The translations under genes and the position numbers were made by a program. DNA of 42,310 bases from Methanomassiliicoccaceae archaeon (lineage in GTDB: Archaea; Thermoplasmatota; Thermoplasmata; Methanomassiliicoccales; Methanomethylophilaceae), in contig WRNL01000001.1 of NCBI GenBank assembly GCA_009776625.1, positions 1-42,310 on the forward strand, written 5' to 3'. Every line of letters begins with the position of its first letter. Position 1 is the stretch's first letter. The notes beneath the pieces were generated by a model. That model ran no database searches and had not been told where the DNA came from. It saw only the letters and a list, made by a program, of their open reading frames with translations. Shown here piece by piece: positions 9,183 through 18,258 of the stretch.

Positions 9183-9761
9183 TCAGAGGCCGTTGAGCCT
9201 GGAGATCGCCCAGGCCATCTCCTTCGCGAGGCCGACGACCCCCCTCATGCCCTCCCTGTCGCCCTGGTACTGCGGGGAGTTGAGGGCGGTCACGACGGAC
9301 GCGGGCAGGCTGCCGCAGACCAGCATCTGGTTCCTCAACATCCAGTAGGCGAGCTGTGAGTACACCATCGAGCCTCCCTCGTGGGCGTTCACGACGACCG
9401 CGCCGCCGACCTTCCGCCTGAGCCCCCTGTCCCCTTTCTCCAGGATCATCCCGGCCCTCTCCAGGAAGACCTTCATCTGGGAGGAGCACGCCCCGTAGTA
9501 GCAGGGGGACGCCAGGATCACCCCGTCGGCCTCCCTCATCATGTCGACTATCCCGTTGAGACCGTCGTCCTCGAGTATGCACCTCCCGTCCCCCCTGATC
9601 TCGCAGGACCTGCAGTCGTTGCAGGGGGTGAGGGACATGGAGTACAGCTGCACGTGCTCGGTCTCTATGCCCTCCTTCTCGAGCTCGTCGGACATCTCGT
9701 GGAGGATGTTGCTCGTGTTGCCGATGAGCCTCGGGCTGCCGTTGAGGGCTATGACCTTCAT
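9183..9761 (-). CDS. Flavodoxin-fold iron-sulfur flavoprotein (Isf / NADPH-dependent FMN reductase family)
   Basis: MKVIALNGSPR..GNT, PCxxCxxC...C, ADGVILASPCY. Confidence 0.9.
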   Translation of the reverse strand: MKVIALNGSPRLIGNTSNILHEMSDELEKEGIETEHVQLYSMSLTPCNDCRSCEIRGDGRCILEDDGLNGIVDMMREADGVILASPCYYGACSSQMKVFLERAGMILEKGDRGLRRKVGGAVVVNAHEGGSMVYSQLAYWMLRNQMLVCGSLPASVVTALNSPQYQGDREGMRGVVGLAKEMAWAISRLNGL

Positions 9762-9793
9762 GCACATTGGGAAGGGTGTCGCGGATAAAACAC

Positions 9794-10201
9794 TTATGAC
9801 TCCGGGCGGACCTCCGCGTTCATCTCTATCGCATGCATGACGTTGCCGTCATGGTCCTTGAACGATGTGCAGACGCCGAGCGGCGACCTCATTGGGTCCC
9901 TGACGAAGGCCACGCCCTCGTCGGACAGCCGTCTGCGGAGGTCGTAGGGGTTCGCCACACCGAGGTACACCCCGGTGTCCACGCCGACCACGCCAGATTT
10001 CCTGAGCAGCAGCGTCGCGGTGCCCCTCCTCACCGCCGCCTCCCCGTCCTTCCTGTACAGGACATCCATACCCAGCAGGCCGTTGTAGAACGAAAGGGCG
10101 AGCCCGATGTCCGAGCACGGCACGACTGCCATAAAAACAGACTCGGGGAGCCCCTCCTCCGTGTATATGAACTCCCCTCCGCCGGGATCGCCTATGGGCA
10201 T
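9794..10201 (-). CDS. VOC/glyoxalase family protein
   Basis: D...ALSFY..LLG and FKDHDGN motifs; start uncertain. Confidence 0.85.
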   Translation of the reverse strand: MPIGDPGGGEFIYTEEGLPESVFMAVVPCSDIGLALSFYNGLLGMDVLYRKDGEAAVRRGTATLLLRKSGVVGVDTGVYLGVANPYDLRRRLSDEGVAFVRDPMRSPLGVCTSFKDHDGNVMHAIEMNAEVRPES

Positions 10202-10318
10202 GGGCGGAGCCACGGCTTCCTCGGATATATCCGTTCCTGTTGTATGATGCCCGTCCCAATGCAGGGAAGCACTCCGATTGTCACGGCCCCGCCCCCCGCG
10301 TTCATATGGGGCCGGCCG

Positions 10319-11428
10319 TCATCGTTTCCACCCGCAGATGGGAGCCTTATTCAGCAGTGACCTCCAAATCTGTTCTTTGGGTGGCGGGATGCTGATTTTC
10401 ACTATGTCGACGAACCCGTCGGTGACGTTCGCCGATCCACTTTTTGAAATGGGCCCCGCAAACAGTTTCGATTCTTTTAGCTCCATTATGGAATCGAGGC
10501 TACTTTCTATCCCATCGCCATACCCGAAGGAGAGTATGTTTACCTCATCCGTGCGCTCCGATATGTAATCCGACAAAACGAGGGCGGTTGATTTTGATAT
10601 GTAATCTGCCAGAACGTCTTGCACGAGCCAAATGGTCTTCCCGCCCCATGCGATGCCCACTTGTGATTTCACTATCAGCTGGCTTACCATGCGTGCCCAA
10701 ACTTGGCGATAGTTGATGCCAGGGGCATTGTGTTCCTGCTGGTTCAAGATGGCATCCTCGCAAGCCATTGATATCTGCGTCCTGTTCTTTTTGTTCCCAC
10801 CGGATGTGCTTGACGTCATCACCTCGATGATCAGTGGCGGGCCGAGGGGGAAGTCTTCTACCCATAGCCCATCCTCACGAAACGCTAATGCGTAATGGTT
10901 CTTTTGTGCCATGCTCACTACTGTCTTTTCTGACAGGTTCAAAATCGCTGAGATGTCCTCTACCCGTTTGCTTTCCGTGCCTGAAATGATGTAATCGAAT
11001 GTGTAATCAAAATACTTCGTCTCATCATCATTTGTTGTTTCTTGCGTCTTCACTTTTACTTCTGCCCATACAGAATACGCTCTGCCCTCACATAGACCAG
11101 CCTTGATTGATAGCTCTTCGCGGACATTCGCCTGGTGCGGGGAACTGTACTTGGTTTTTAACGCCAATAGCCTCCGTGGACAAACGATCCATGGCTGCTC
11201 CCCATCATGCAGTTGGATGGAACAGACGCCGCATTGGACTGCGTCCTTGCCAGGGATCCTTGATTGTAGCGCGGGGTTCTTTTTGATGTCGATCGCGGAC
11301 TGATACCGGTTGCCGCCGCCGTCGCATTCCGCATCCATGAAAGGACACCATGCCCGGCGCATGTTATGCTCGGCCTCATCGTTCCATTTGCCCAGCCGGT
11401 ATCCATAGAGCTCAAAAATTTTGCTCAA
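10319..11428 (-). CDS. NotI-like restriction endonuclease (Cys4 metal site)
   Basis: N-terminal CPF...C...CGVCS...IVCPRR; FDY (D145) and IIEVM (E202). TTG start follows GGAGGT and overlaps the C5-MTase gene. Confidence 0.7.
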   Translation of the reverse strand: MSKIFELYGYRLGKWNDEAEHNMRRAWCPFMDAECDGGGNRYQSAIDIKKNPALQSRIPGKDAVQCGVCSIQLHDGEQPWIVCPRRLLALKTKYSSPHQANVREELSIKAGLCEGRAYSVWAEVKVKTQETTNDDETKYFDYTFDYIISGTESKRVEDISAILNLSEKTVVSMAQKNHYALAFREDGLWVEDFPLGPPLIIEVMTSSTSGGNKKNRTQISMACEDAILNQQEHNAPGINYRQVWARMVSQLIVKSQVGIAWGGKTIWLVQDVLADYISKSTALVLSDYISERTDEVNILSFGYGDGIESSLDSIMELKESKLFAGPISKSGSANVTDGFVDIVKISIPPPKEQIWRSLLNKAPICGWKR

Positions 11429-12527
11429 ATATGTACCTCCGTATGTTGTCGCCCATCACAAACGCCAATGTTGGCGGCACGGAGTTCGCGACCTGTCTGT
11501 GCTGGTCGAGGTCCTTCACGCGTCCTGTCCTTGAGCGGATAGGGCCGCTCAGCCTGTAGCTGTCGTCATATCCGTGGAGCCGCATGCACTCACGGGGGGT
11601 GAGGTACCTGTCCTCGGTGGGGTGGAAGAAGATCTCCCCTCCCCGCAGGGTGTTGGACGGCCTCGTATTGCTGAGGCGCAGGTACTTCGTGGTGTCTTTT
11701 GAAGTCAGGTTCCCCCGGAGCTCTTTTCCGAGGTGGGTCTGTGCTGCGAGGTGCGATCCTTCAGGCACTTGCGCGATGCGTTCCCTATCCCTTTCCGGGG
11801 TCACATCCACATGACCGTCCTCGCGGCTCTGGAATGTCGTGCCGGCGGTCTTTTTGTCCGGTTCGCCGATGCCAGACAACGCTTCGCCGACCGTCACATA
11901 CGGTTTCAGACCGAAGAGGTTATGGTTCTTGCCCAAGGGCACGTGGGTACGTTCGGGGAACCTGAACCCGTTGTGACCAAGCGTGGCGACGACGAACACC
12001 CTTTCCCTTATCTGCGGGACGCCGAAATCCGCCGCACAGCAGACCTGCCATTTGGGGACATACCCCATCTGCTTGAGCTCGTTGATGAAGAGGTTGAACA
12101 CACCGCCGCGCTCCCCGTCCTCCCCTTTGGCGGACAGCAACCCCTTCACCTGTTCAAGGAGGATGGCCTTCGGCCTCATGAACCTTGCAAACCTGACTAT
12201 CTCGAACAGCAACTGCCCCCTCTCGTCTTTCAACGCGTTCTTTTTACCCGACGCAGAGAAAGCTTGGCAGGGTGGCCCGCCGAACAGCAGATCCAATTGC
12301 GTCGGCTCTATGTTCAATCTTTTGCAGAGGTCCTCGGGGTCGACCTCCCGGATGTCGCCCTCAATGATAAGGGTGTCCGTTTTTTCTCGCTCTGTCGCGA
12401 GGCGGAGCGTCTGACAGCAGTACTTGTCCAACTCTATCGCTGCAAGCACGTTGAAACCTGCCTTCCTGATGCCGATATCCATCCCCCCGGCGCCGGCGAA
12501 CAGGCTTATCGCTTTTAACTCAGTCAA
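11412..12527 (-). CDS. DNA (cytosine-5)-methyltransferase
   Basis: Motif I LFAGAGG, IV GGPPCQ, VI LEQV, VIII QIRERVF, IX RYLTPRECMRL, X QVANSVPP. TTG start chosen 6 nt after GGGGAG (the ORF is open to 12563). Confidence 0.93.
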   Translation of the reverse strand: MTELKAISLFAGAGGMDIGIRKAGFNVLAAIELDKYCCQTLRLATEREKTDTLIIEGDIREVDPEDLCKRLNIEPTQLDLLFGGPPCQAFSASGKKNALKDERGQLLFEIVRFARFMRPKAILLEQVKGLLSAKGEDGERGGVFNLFINELKQMGYVPKWQVCCAADFGVPQIRERVFVVATLGHNGFRFPERTHVPLGKNHNLFGLKPYVTVGEALSGIGEPDKKTAGTTFQSREDGHVDVTPERDRERIAQVPEGSHLAAQTHLGKELRGNLTSKDTTKYLRLSNTRPSNTLRGGEIFFHPTEDRYLTPRECMRLHGYDDSYRLSGPIRSRTGRVKDLDQHRQVANSVPPTLAFVMGDNIRRYIFEQNF

Positions 12528-12719
12528 GTGCAGCTCCCCTATGCCAAGACTATGCATTGCCATTTATTTTACTTTTTCCGCCGGCCGCAGAATGTATTAC
12601 TTCATGTATTCCAGACAAGTGTTTTTTGTGAAAAACGCCCGTCACGAACTGACGAGGTTTCACAGCGGCCCCTCTGCGCCCAGTTCATTCGAGGGGCGCG
12701 TGCTTCACCATCTTGTGCC

Positions 12720-12791
12720 GTTTTTCAAAAGTTTTTGAAACATATTTCAAAAAAAGTTGTTTTTCAAAAGTTTTTGGAACACACTTCGAAA
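12720..12791. repeat. Imperfect AT-rich direct repeat, 39-bp period, about 1.8 copies
   Basis: GTTTTTCAAAAGTTTTTG at 12720 and 12759, followed by AAACATATTTCAAAA and GAACACACTTCGAAA respectively. Confidence 0.85.
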
Positions 12792-12936
12792 TGACCAAGA
12801 ATTGAAGGGCTCGACGCCTGTTGCTTGCATAGATCCGACGCCGGGCCCCGCCGACCTATGGCCCCGCAGGTGATCCGTCGAGGGAGCCGCGGCAGAGGGC
12901 CGCAACGGCAGGCGGTGGCCGATGCCGCGGCAATGT

Positions 12937-14196
12937 TCAGACGTACTCTATGGGGACGGCTGCCAAGTCCTCCCTTAGGCTGGCGAGCCTGTCGTAGAGG
13001 CAGATTATCGTGCCTCTGCCGCGCGCCTTCGTCCTGTCGAGGTCGAGGACGTCGAACGCGTCCGCCATGGATGCGTCGGGATTCGCGCTCATCTTGATCT
13101 CGATGGGGTAAAGTACCCCGTCCTCGATGATCACCATGTCTATCTCGCTCTCGCGGCTCTCCGTCACGCCGTCCCTGCGGACGCGCCTCTTGTCCTTCCC
13201 CCTGTAATAGAACACGCTGAACCTGTGATCCCGCCCCGCGTTCGAGAACGACTTCAGCACCTCGCTCACCACGAACGTCTCGAACATGTTGCCGTTCATC
13301 GCGCCTGCACGCAACGCCTCCGGGGTGAGCCAGCGTGCCAGGTAGCATGCGAGCCCGGTGTCGCGGAAGTACACCTTCGGCGTCTTGACGGCGCGGGTCA
13401 GCGCAGAGGAGCTGTACGGCTGGAGAAGGTGGACCATGCCGGAGGCCCGCAGCACGGACGTCCATTCCTTGATCGTCGCCACCGTCTTCCCCGCCTCGTC
13501 CGCCACGGCGGAGTAGTTCAGCATCTGGCCCGTCCTTACGGCGAGGGCCGTCAGGAAGGTGAGGAACGCCATCTCGTCCTTCACGTTGACCATCCTCCTC
13601 ACGTCCCTCTCGAGGTAGGTCTGGATGTAGCCCGACCAATAGGCGGACCAGTCCACATCAGGGTTCTGGAGCTCGGGGTTGGACCCGCGGTGTATGCGCT
13701 GCCATATGTCGTCGTATGGGGCGAGCGACCCTTTCCTCTCAGCAAGATAGCCCTCGGTAGGGACGAACGGCCTGTTGAACCCGACGGCTTTGATCTCGCG
13801 CATGGACAGACCCTGGAGCTCGTGTATCGCCACCCTACCTGAGAGGCTCTCGGACACGTTCTCCATGAGGCTGTACTGCTGGCTCCCTGTCAGGAAGTAG
13901 CGCCCGTACTCCTTGCTGCGGTCACAGGCCATCTTTATCTCGGGGAAGAGGGCGGTGGCATACTGCACCTCGTCCAATATGACTGGCGGGGGGTTGTCCC
14001 GCAGGAAAAGGGCGGGGTCGGACACTGCGCTCCTGAGCTGGATCTTGTCGTCGAACGTCACCTGGGGAATCCCTTTGAATGTCTCCGCCAGTACAGTCGT
14101 CTTGCCTACCTGGCGTGGCCCGGTCACCAGGACGGACTTGAACGTGCGCCCGCTCCTCTGCAGCACGGGCTCGATGGCCCTCCTTATGTATTCCGT
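12937..14196 (-). CDS. AAA_14/DUF4143 ATPase (second, divergent copy); apparent ACG start
   Basis: GPRQVGKT, ILDEVQ, TGSQQ, TYLERDV, KTPKVYFRDTG, EIDM...PIEIK. The frame extends to ACG-EYIRRAIE, preceded by AAGGAGG. Confidence 0.88.
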   Translation of the reverse strand, partial: TEYIRRAIEPVLQRSGRTFKSVLVTGPRQVGKTTVLAETFKGIPQVTFDDKIQLRSAVSDPALFLRDNPPPVILDEVQYATALFPEIKMACDRSKEYGRYFLTGSQQYSLMENVSESLSGRVAIHELQGLSMREIKAVGFNRPFVPTEGYLAERKGSLAPYDDIWQRIHRGSNPELQNPDVDWSAYWSGYIQTYLERDVRRMVNVKDEMAFLTFLTALAVRTGQMLNYSAVADEAGKTVATIKEWTSVLRASGMVHLLQPYSSSALTRAVKTPKVYFRDTGLACYLARWLTPEALRAGAMNGNMFETFVVSEVLKSFSNAGRDHRFSVFYYRGKDKRRVRRDGVTESRESEIDMVIIEDGVLYPIEIKMSANPDASMADAFDVLDLDRTKARGRGTIICLYDRLASLREDLAAVPIEYV

Positions 14197-14390
14197 GTCG
14201 ATGCCTCCTTTGCGACGAATTTATAATATGAATATAAATTAACCATTTATAAACTGTTGCCTGGGCGCACGCACCCGAGGGGATGCCCCCTGGCAAAGGC
14301 ATGGCAGGTTGTGTTGGGGGCATCGCGCCGCAAACCCATATCGCCACAGGAGCCGCACAGGCACCTCCCCTCGGCTGTCGGCCTCCAGGG

Positions 14391-16568
14391 TCACCTTATG
14401 AACAGCAGCTCCCTGTACTTCGGCAGGGGCCACATCTGGTCGTCCACTATGTTCTCGAGGGCGTCGACGTACCCCCTCATGCTGTCCATGCGGGGGATGA
14501 GCCTGTCGTGGTACGCCACGGCCATCTCGCGCCCCTCCAGCGCGGAGAACTCGTCGCACATCCGGTCCATGTCGTCGGCGGCCGTCCTGATGAAGTTGAT
14601 ATAGTCCGCTATCTCCTTTATCTGCCGGAGCTCCTGGGGGGAGTACTTCTCGAACTCCTCGTCCGTGAAGAGCTCCCTGCTCTTCAGGACGTTGTCGAAG
14701 AGGACGTTCTGGAACCTGATCGCCACCGGTATCACGTGGTTGTAGGCCAGGTCGCTCAGCACCCTCGACTCTATCTCGACCTTCATTGCGTAGTGCGCCC
14801 ATGCAACCTCGTTCCTCGCCCTGAGCTCGACCTCCGAGAGCACGCCCGTGTCCTCGTACATCTTTATCGTTCCAGGGGAGGTGAAGTGGTCCAGCACCGC
14901 CGGGACGGAGCCCTCCGTGTCGAGGCCGCGGCGCCCCGCCTCCTCCTCCCACTCCCCTGAGTACCCGTTGCCGTCGAAGCACACGGCCCTGCTGGCCCTG
15001 TACGCCTCGCGGGTCTCGTCCAGGACGGCCTTCATGACGGGCTCGCCTGCCGACACCCTCCCGTCGACCGCCTCCTTGAACCGCCTGAGCTGGTACGCCA
15101 CGGCCGTGTTCAGCGCCGTCATGGGGGAGGCGCAGTTGGCCGACGACCCCACCGCCCTGAACTCGAAGCGGTTCCCCGTGAAGGCGAACGGCGACGTCCT
15201 GTTCCTGTCGGTGTTGTCCACGAGCAGCTCGGGGACCTGCGGTATGCCCACGCCGCGCCCCCTCTTGTCCTCCATCTTGACAACGCCGTCCGTGCCGAGG
15301 AGCTCCTCGAAGGCCGCCGTTATCTGCGACCCCAGGAACGAGGACATTATGGTCGGCGGCGCCTCGCTCGACCCGAGCCTGTGGGCGTTGGATGCGGATA
15401 CGATGGACGCCTTGAGGAGCCCGTTGTTGTCGTGCACCGCCTTCAGGACGTTCGCCATGAATGCGAAGAACCTGAGGTTCTCCTCGTCCGTCCTCCCAGG
15501 GGAGAGCAGGGACACGCCGTCGGCCGTGCCCAGCGACCAGTTGCAGTGCTTGCCTGACCCGTTGATCCCCTTGAACGGCTTCTCGTGGAAGAGGACCTTG
15601 AACTTGTGGCGGTCTGCCACCCTCCTCATTATCGACATGAGCAGTAGGTTATGGTCCACGGCAAGGTCCATCTCCTCGTAGACGGGGGCGATCTCGAACT
15701 GGTTCGGGGCGACCTCGTTGTGCCTCGTCTTGAGGGGTATCCCGAGCTTGTAGCCCTCGAACTCCACCTCCTTCATGAACTCCATCACCCTCGGGGGTAT
15801 GGAGCCGAAGTAATGGTCGTCCAGCTGCTGGTTCCTCGCGCTGCCGTGCCCTATGAGCGTCCTGTCCGAGAGCATCAGGTCGGGGCGCAGGGCGTACAGG
15901 GAGCTGTCCACCAGGAAGTACTCCTGCTCCCACCCGAGGAAACAGGAGACAGCGGCGTCCCCCATCCCAAAGTAGGCGAGGACGTCCGAGGCCGCCCTCT
16001 TCACGGCGGACGTGGACCTCATGAGCGGGGTCTTGTAGTCGAGCGCCTCCCCCGTGTACGATATGAACACCGTCGGTATGCACAGGCAGTCCCCGAGTAT
16101 GAATGCGGGGGACGACGGGTCCCAGGCGGTGTACCCCCTCGCCTCGAAGGTGTTCCTCAGCCCCCCGCTGGGGAAGGAGGATGCATCCGGCTCCTGCTGG
16201 CACAGCTTGTCGCCGCTGAACTCCTCCAGAGACCTCCCCGCCACGCGCGGCTCGGCGAAGGAGTCGTGCTTCTCGGCGGTCCCCCCCGTCAGGGGCTGGA
16301 ACCAGTGCGTGTAGTGGGTCGCCCCCATGTCCATGGCCCAGCGCTTCATCCCGGACGCCACGTGCTCCCCGACCCACTTGTCGAGGGTCACGCCGTTCTC
16401 GATCGACTCGTAGACTATCATCCTCGTCTCGGAGGAGAGGTACTTCCTCATCGCCTCCCTGTTGAAGACGTTGCAGCCGTAGTAGGAGGAGGTGTCCCTG
16501 GCCGGCGGCACCGCCTCTACCGGTTCCCTGTCAAAAGCCTGCTCTATGGCGCTGAACCTTCCTGGCAT
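14391..16568 (-). CDS. glnA: Glutamine synthetase type III
   Basis: THYTHWFQP, EKHD, QQEPDASSFP, GWEQEYF, HNEVAPNQFE, NGSGKHCNWS, DRNRTSPFAFTGNRFEFRA, WPLPKYRELLF; about 725 aa. Confidence 0.95.
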   Translation of the reverse strand: MPGRFSAIEQAFDREPVEAVPPARDTSSYYGCNVFNREAMRKYLSSETRMIVYESIENGVTLDKWVGEHVASGMKRWAMDMGATHYTHWFQPLTGGTAEKHDSFAEPRVAGRSLEEFSGDKLCQQEPDASSFPSGGLRNTFEARGYTAWDPSSPAFILGDCLCIPTVFISYTGEALDYKTPLMRSTSAVKRAASDVLAYFGMGDAAVSCFLGWEQEYFLVDSSLYALRPDLMLSDRTLIGHGSARNQQLDDHYFGSIPPRVMEFMKEVEFEGYKLGIPLKTRHNEVAPNQFEIAPVYEEMDLAVDHNLLLMSIMRRVADRHKFKVLFHEKPFKGINGSGKHCNWSLGTADGVSLLSPGRTDEENLRFFAFMANVLKAVHDNNGLLKASIVSASNAHRLGSSEAPPTIMSSFLGSQITAAFEELLGTDGVVKMEDKRGRGVGIPQVPELLVDNTDRNRTSPFAFTGNRFEFRAVGSSANCASPMTALNTAVAYQLRRFKEAVDGRVSAGEPVMKAVLDETREAYRASRAVCFDGNGYSGEWEEEAGRRGLDTEGSVPAVLDHFTSPGTIKMYEDTGVLSEVELRARNEVAWAHYAMKVEIESRVLSDLAYNHVIPVAIRFQNVLFDNVLKSRELFTDEEFEKYSPQELRQIKEIADYINFIRTAADDMDRMCDEFSALEGREMAVAYHDRLIPRMDSMRGYVDALENIVDDQMWPLPKYRELLFIR

Positions 16569-16584
16569 GGGCGCCGATTCCACT

Positions 16585-16613
16585 GATTATAAATATACTT
16601 TTCCAGGCTGGAA
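16585..16613 (-). promoter_or_regulatory. Putative glnA TATA box with an adjacent palindrome TTCCAG-G-CTGGAA
   Basis: Minus-strand TATATTTATAA about 25 nt above ATG 16568; perfect 6-bp inverted repeat at 16601-16613. Confidence 0.45.
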
Positions 16614-16805
16614 CGACTGTGCGACCGTTTTTGACCGACCCCTCGTACGAAGGGCGCGCGTGATCCTCGTGCGACCGCCTGCGGGAACCAGGAGGCAGCT
16701 GTAACAAGGTTTTTTATCCTTTTCGCACATGGCCGCACACAGCACCATGACCATGAAGATGACGATCCCACAAGGGGGGCGGCCGGACGCCGGGGGGGTG
16801 GCCCG

Positions 16806-17411
16806 GTGCGGCTGACTGTTTCGCTGGCCGACTACGGCGTGGGCAACCTTCACTCGATCAACAAGGCCCTTGTGAACGCCGGGGGGGACGTCAGGGTGGT
16901 GACCGACATGGGGCGCCTGGCCGACTCCGGGTGCATTGTGTTCCCCGGCGTGGGGGCGTTCGACAGGACCATGGAGAGGCTCGCCCCGCACAGGGACGGC
17001 ATCCGCGAGGCCCTCGCGTCCGGGGTCCCCGCACTCGGCATCTGCATAGGGATGCACATACTCTTCGACGGGAGCGACGAGGGGGCCGCTGGCGGGCTGG
17101 GCCTCATACCCGGCAGGGTCAGGCGCCTCACTGCAGGGCAGATCCCGCACATGGGGTGGAACTCGGTGGAGACCGAGGACGGGATGTTCGACGGGGTGGG
17201 CGACAGGCACTTCTATTTCGCGCACTCCTACTTCGGCGACCCGGAGGACCGCGCCCTGGTGATAGGCACGGCAGAGCACGGTGGCGCAGAGATGCCGGCC
17301 CTGTTCAGAAAGAAGAACGTTTACGGCTGCCAGTTCCACCCCGAGAAGAGCGGCATCTCGGGAGGCCGGTTCATAAGGAACTTCATAGATTTTGCAAAGG
17401 GGCTGCAATGA
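16806..17411 (+). CDS. hisH: Imidazole glycerol phosphate synthase, glutaminase subunit
   Basis: DYGVGN, PGVGAF, LGICIGM, PHMGWN, YFAHSY, QFHPEKS. Confidence 0.95.
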   Translation: MRLTVSLADYGVGNLHSINKALVNAGGDVRVVTDMGRLADSGCIVFPGVGAFDRTMERLAPHRDGIREALASGVPALGICIGMHILFDGSDEGAAGGLGLIPGRVRRLTAGQIPHMGWNSVETEDGMFDGVGDRHFYFAHSYFGDPEDRALVIGTAEHGGAEMPALFRKKNVYGCQFHPEKSGISGGRFIRNFIDFAKGLQ

Positions 17412-17433
17412 ACATGAGATGGGGGGCCGTACA

Positions 17434-18186
17434 ATGCTCACTAAAAGGATAATCCCCTGCCTCGACGTCAAGGGGGGAAGGGTCGTCAAAGGCGTCAGGT
17501 TCCAGGACCTCGCCGATGTCGGGCATCCGCCCGGCCTCGCCGGGGGGTACGAGGCGCAGGGCGCCGACGAGGTGGTGTTCCTCGACATATCCGCCACGTT
17601 GGAGGCGAGGGAGACGACGCTGCGCATGGTGTCCGAGACTGCGGAACGGCTGTTCGTGCCGCTGACGGTCGGCGGGGGGATAAGGACGAGGCAGGACATG
17701 AGGGCCGCGCTCAACGCCGGGGCGGACAAGGTGTCGGTCAACTCCGCCGCTGTGGCGGACCCGTCGATCATAAGCGAGTGCGCGGAGGACTTCGGGAGGC
17801 AGTGCGTGGTGGTTGCCATAGACGCCAAGCGGGCGGGCGGGCGCTGGGAGGTCCGCACGCACGGGGGGACCGTGCCCACGGGGATCGATGCGGTCGAGTG
17901 GGCCGGGAAGGCCGAGGACCTCGGCGCCGGAGAGATCCTCCTGACCTCCATGGACGCGGACGGCGTCGGGCAGGGCTACGACACCGCCCTCACAGCGGCG
18001 GTCGCCGATGCCGTGTCGGTGCCCGTGATAGCGTCCGGGGGGGTCGGCTCCATGGAGCACATATACCAGGTGTTCGCACAGACCGGTGCGGCGGCCGCCT
18101 TGGCCGCCTCGATGTTCCACTACGGCGAATGCACCGTCGGGCAGGTGAAGGAGTACCTCAGGGACAGGGGCGTGGCGGTGAGATGA
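17434..18186 (+). CDS. hisF: Imidazole glycerol phosphate synthase, cyclase subunit
   Basis: [40 protein letters not shown]. Confidence 0.96.
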   Translation: MLTKRIIPCLDVKGGRVVKGVRFQDLADVGHPPGLAGGYEAQGADEVVFLDISATLEARETTLRMVSETAERLFVPLTVGGGIRTRQDMRAALNAGADKVSVNSAAVADPSIISECAEDFGRQCVVVAIDAKRAGGRWEVRTHGGTVPTGIDAVEWAGKAEDLGAGEILLTSMDADGVGQGYDTALTAAVADAVSVPVIASGGVGSMEHIYQVFAQTGAAAALAASMFHYGECTVGQVKEYLRDRGVAVR

Positions 18187-18258
18187 CACCTGGCAGAGCA
18201 TGCCGCCGGCCGCCTTAGAAAGAAAATGTTTATACCCAAAGCGAAAATGTGCTGTACG

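Noticed and set aside
10319-11428. Assigning NotI specificity (GCGGCCGC) to the endonuclease
   Set aside because: Family resemblance does not determine the target site, and nothing in the sequence allows it to be inferred.
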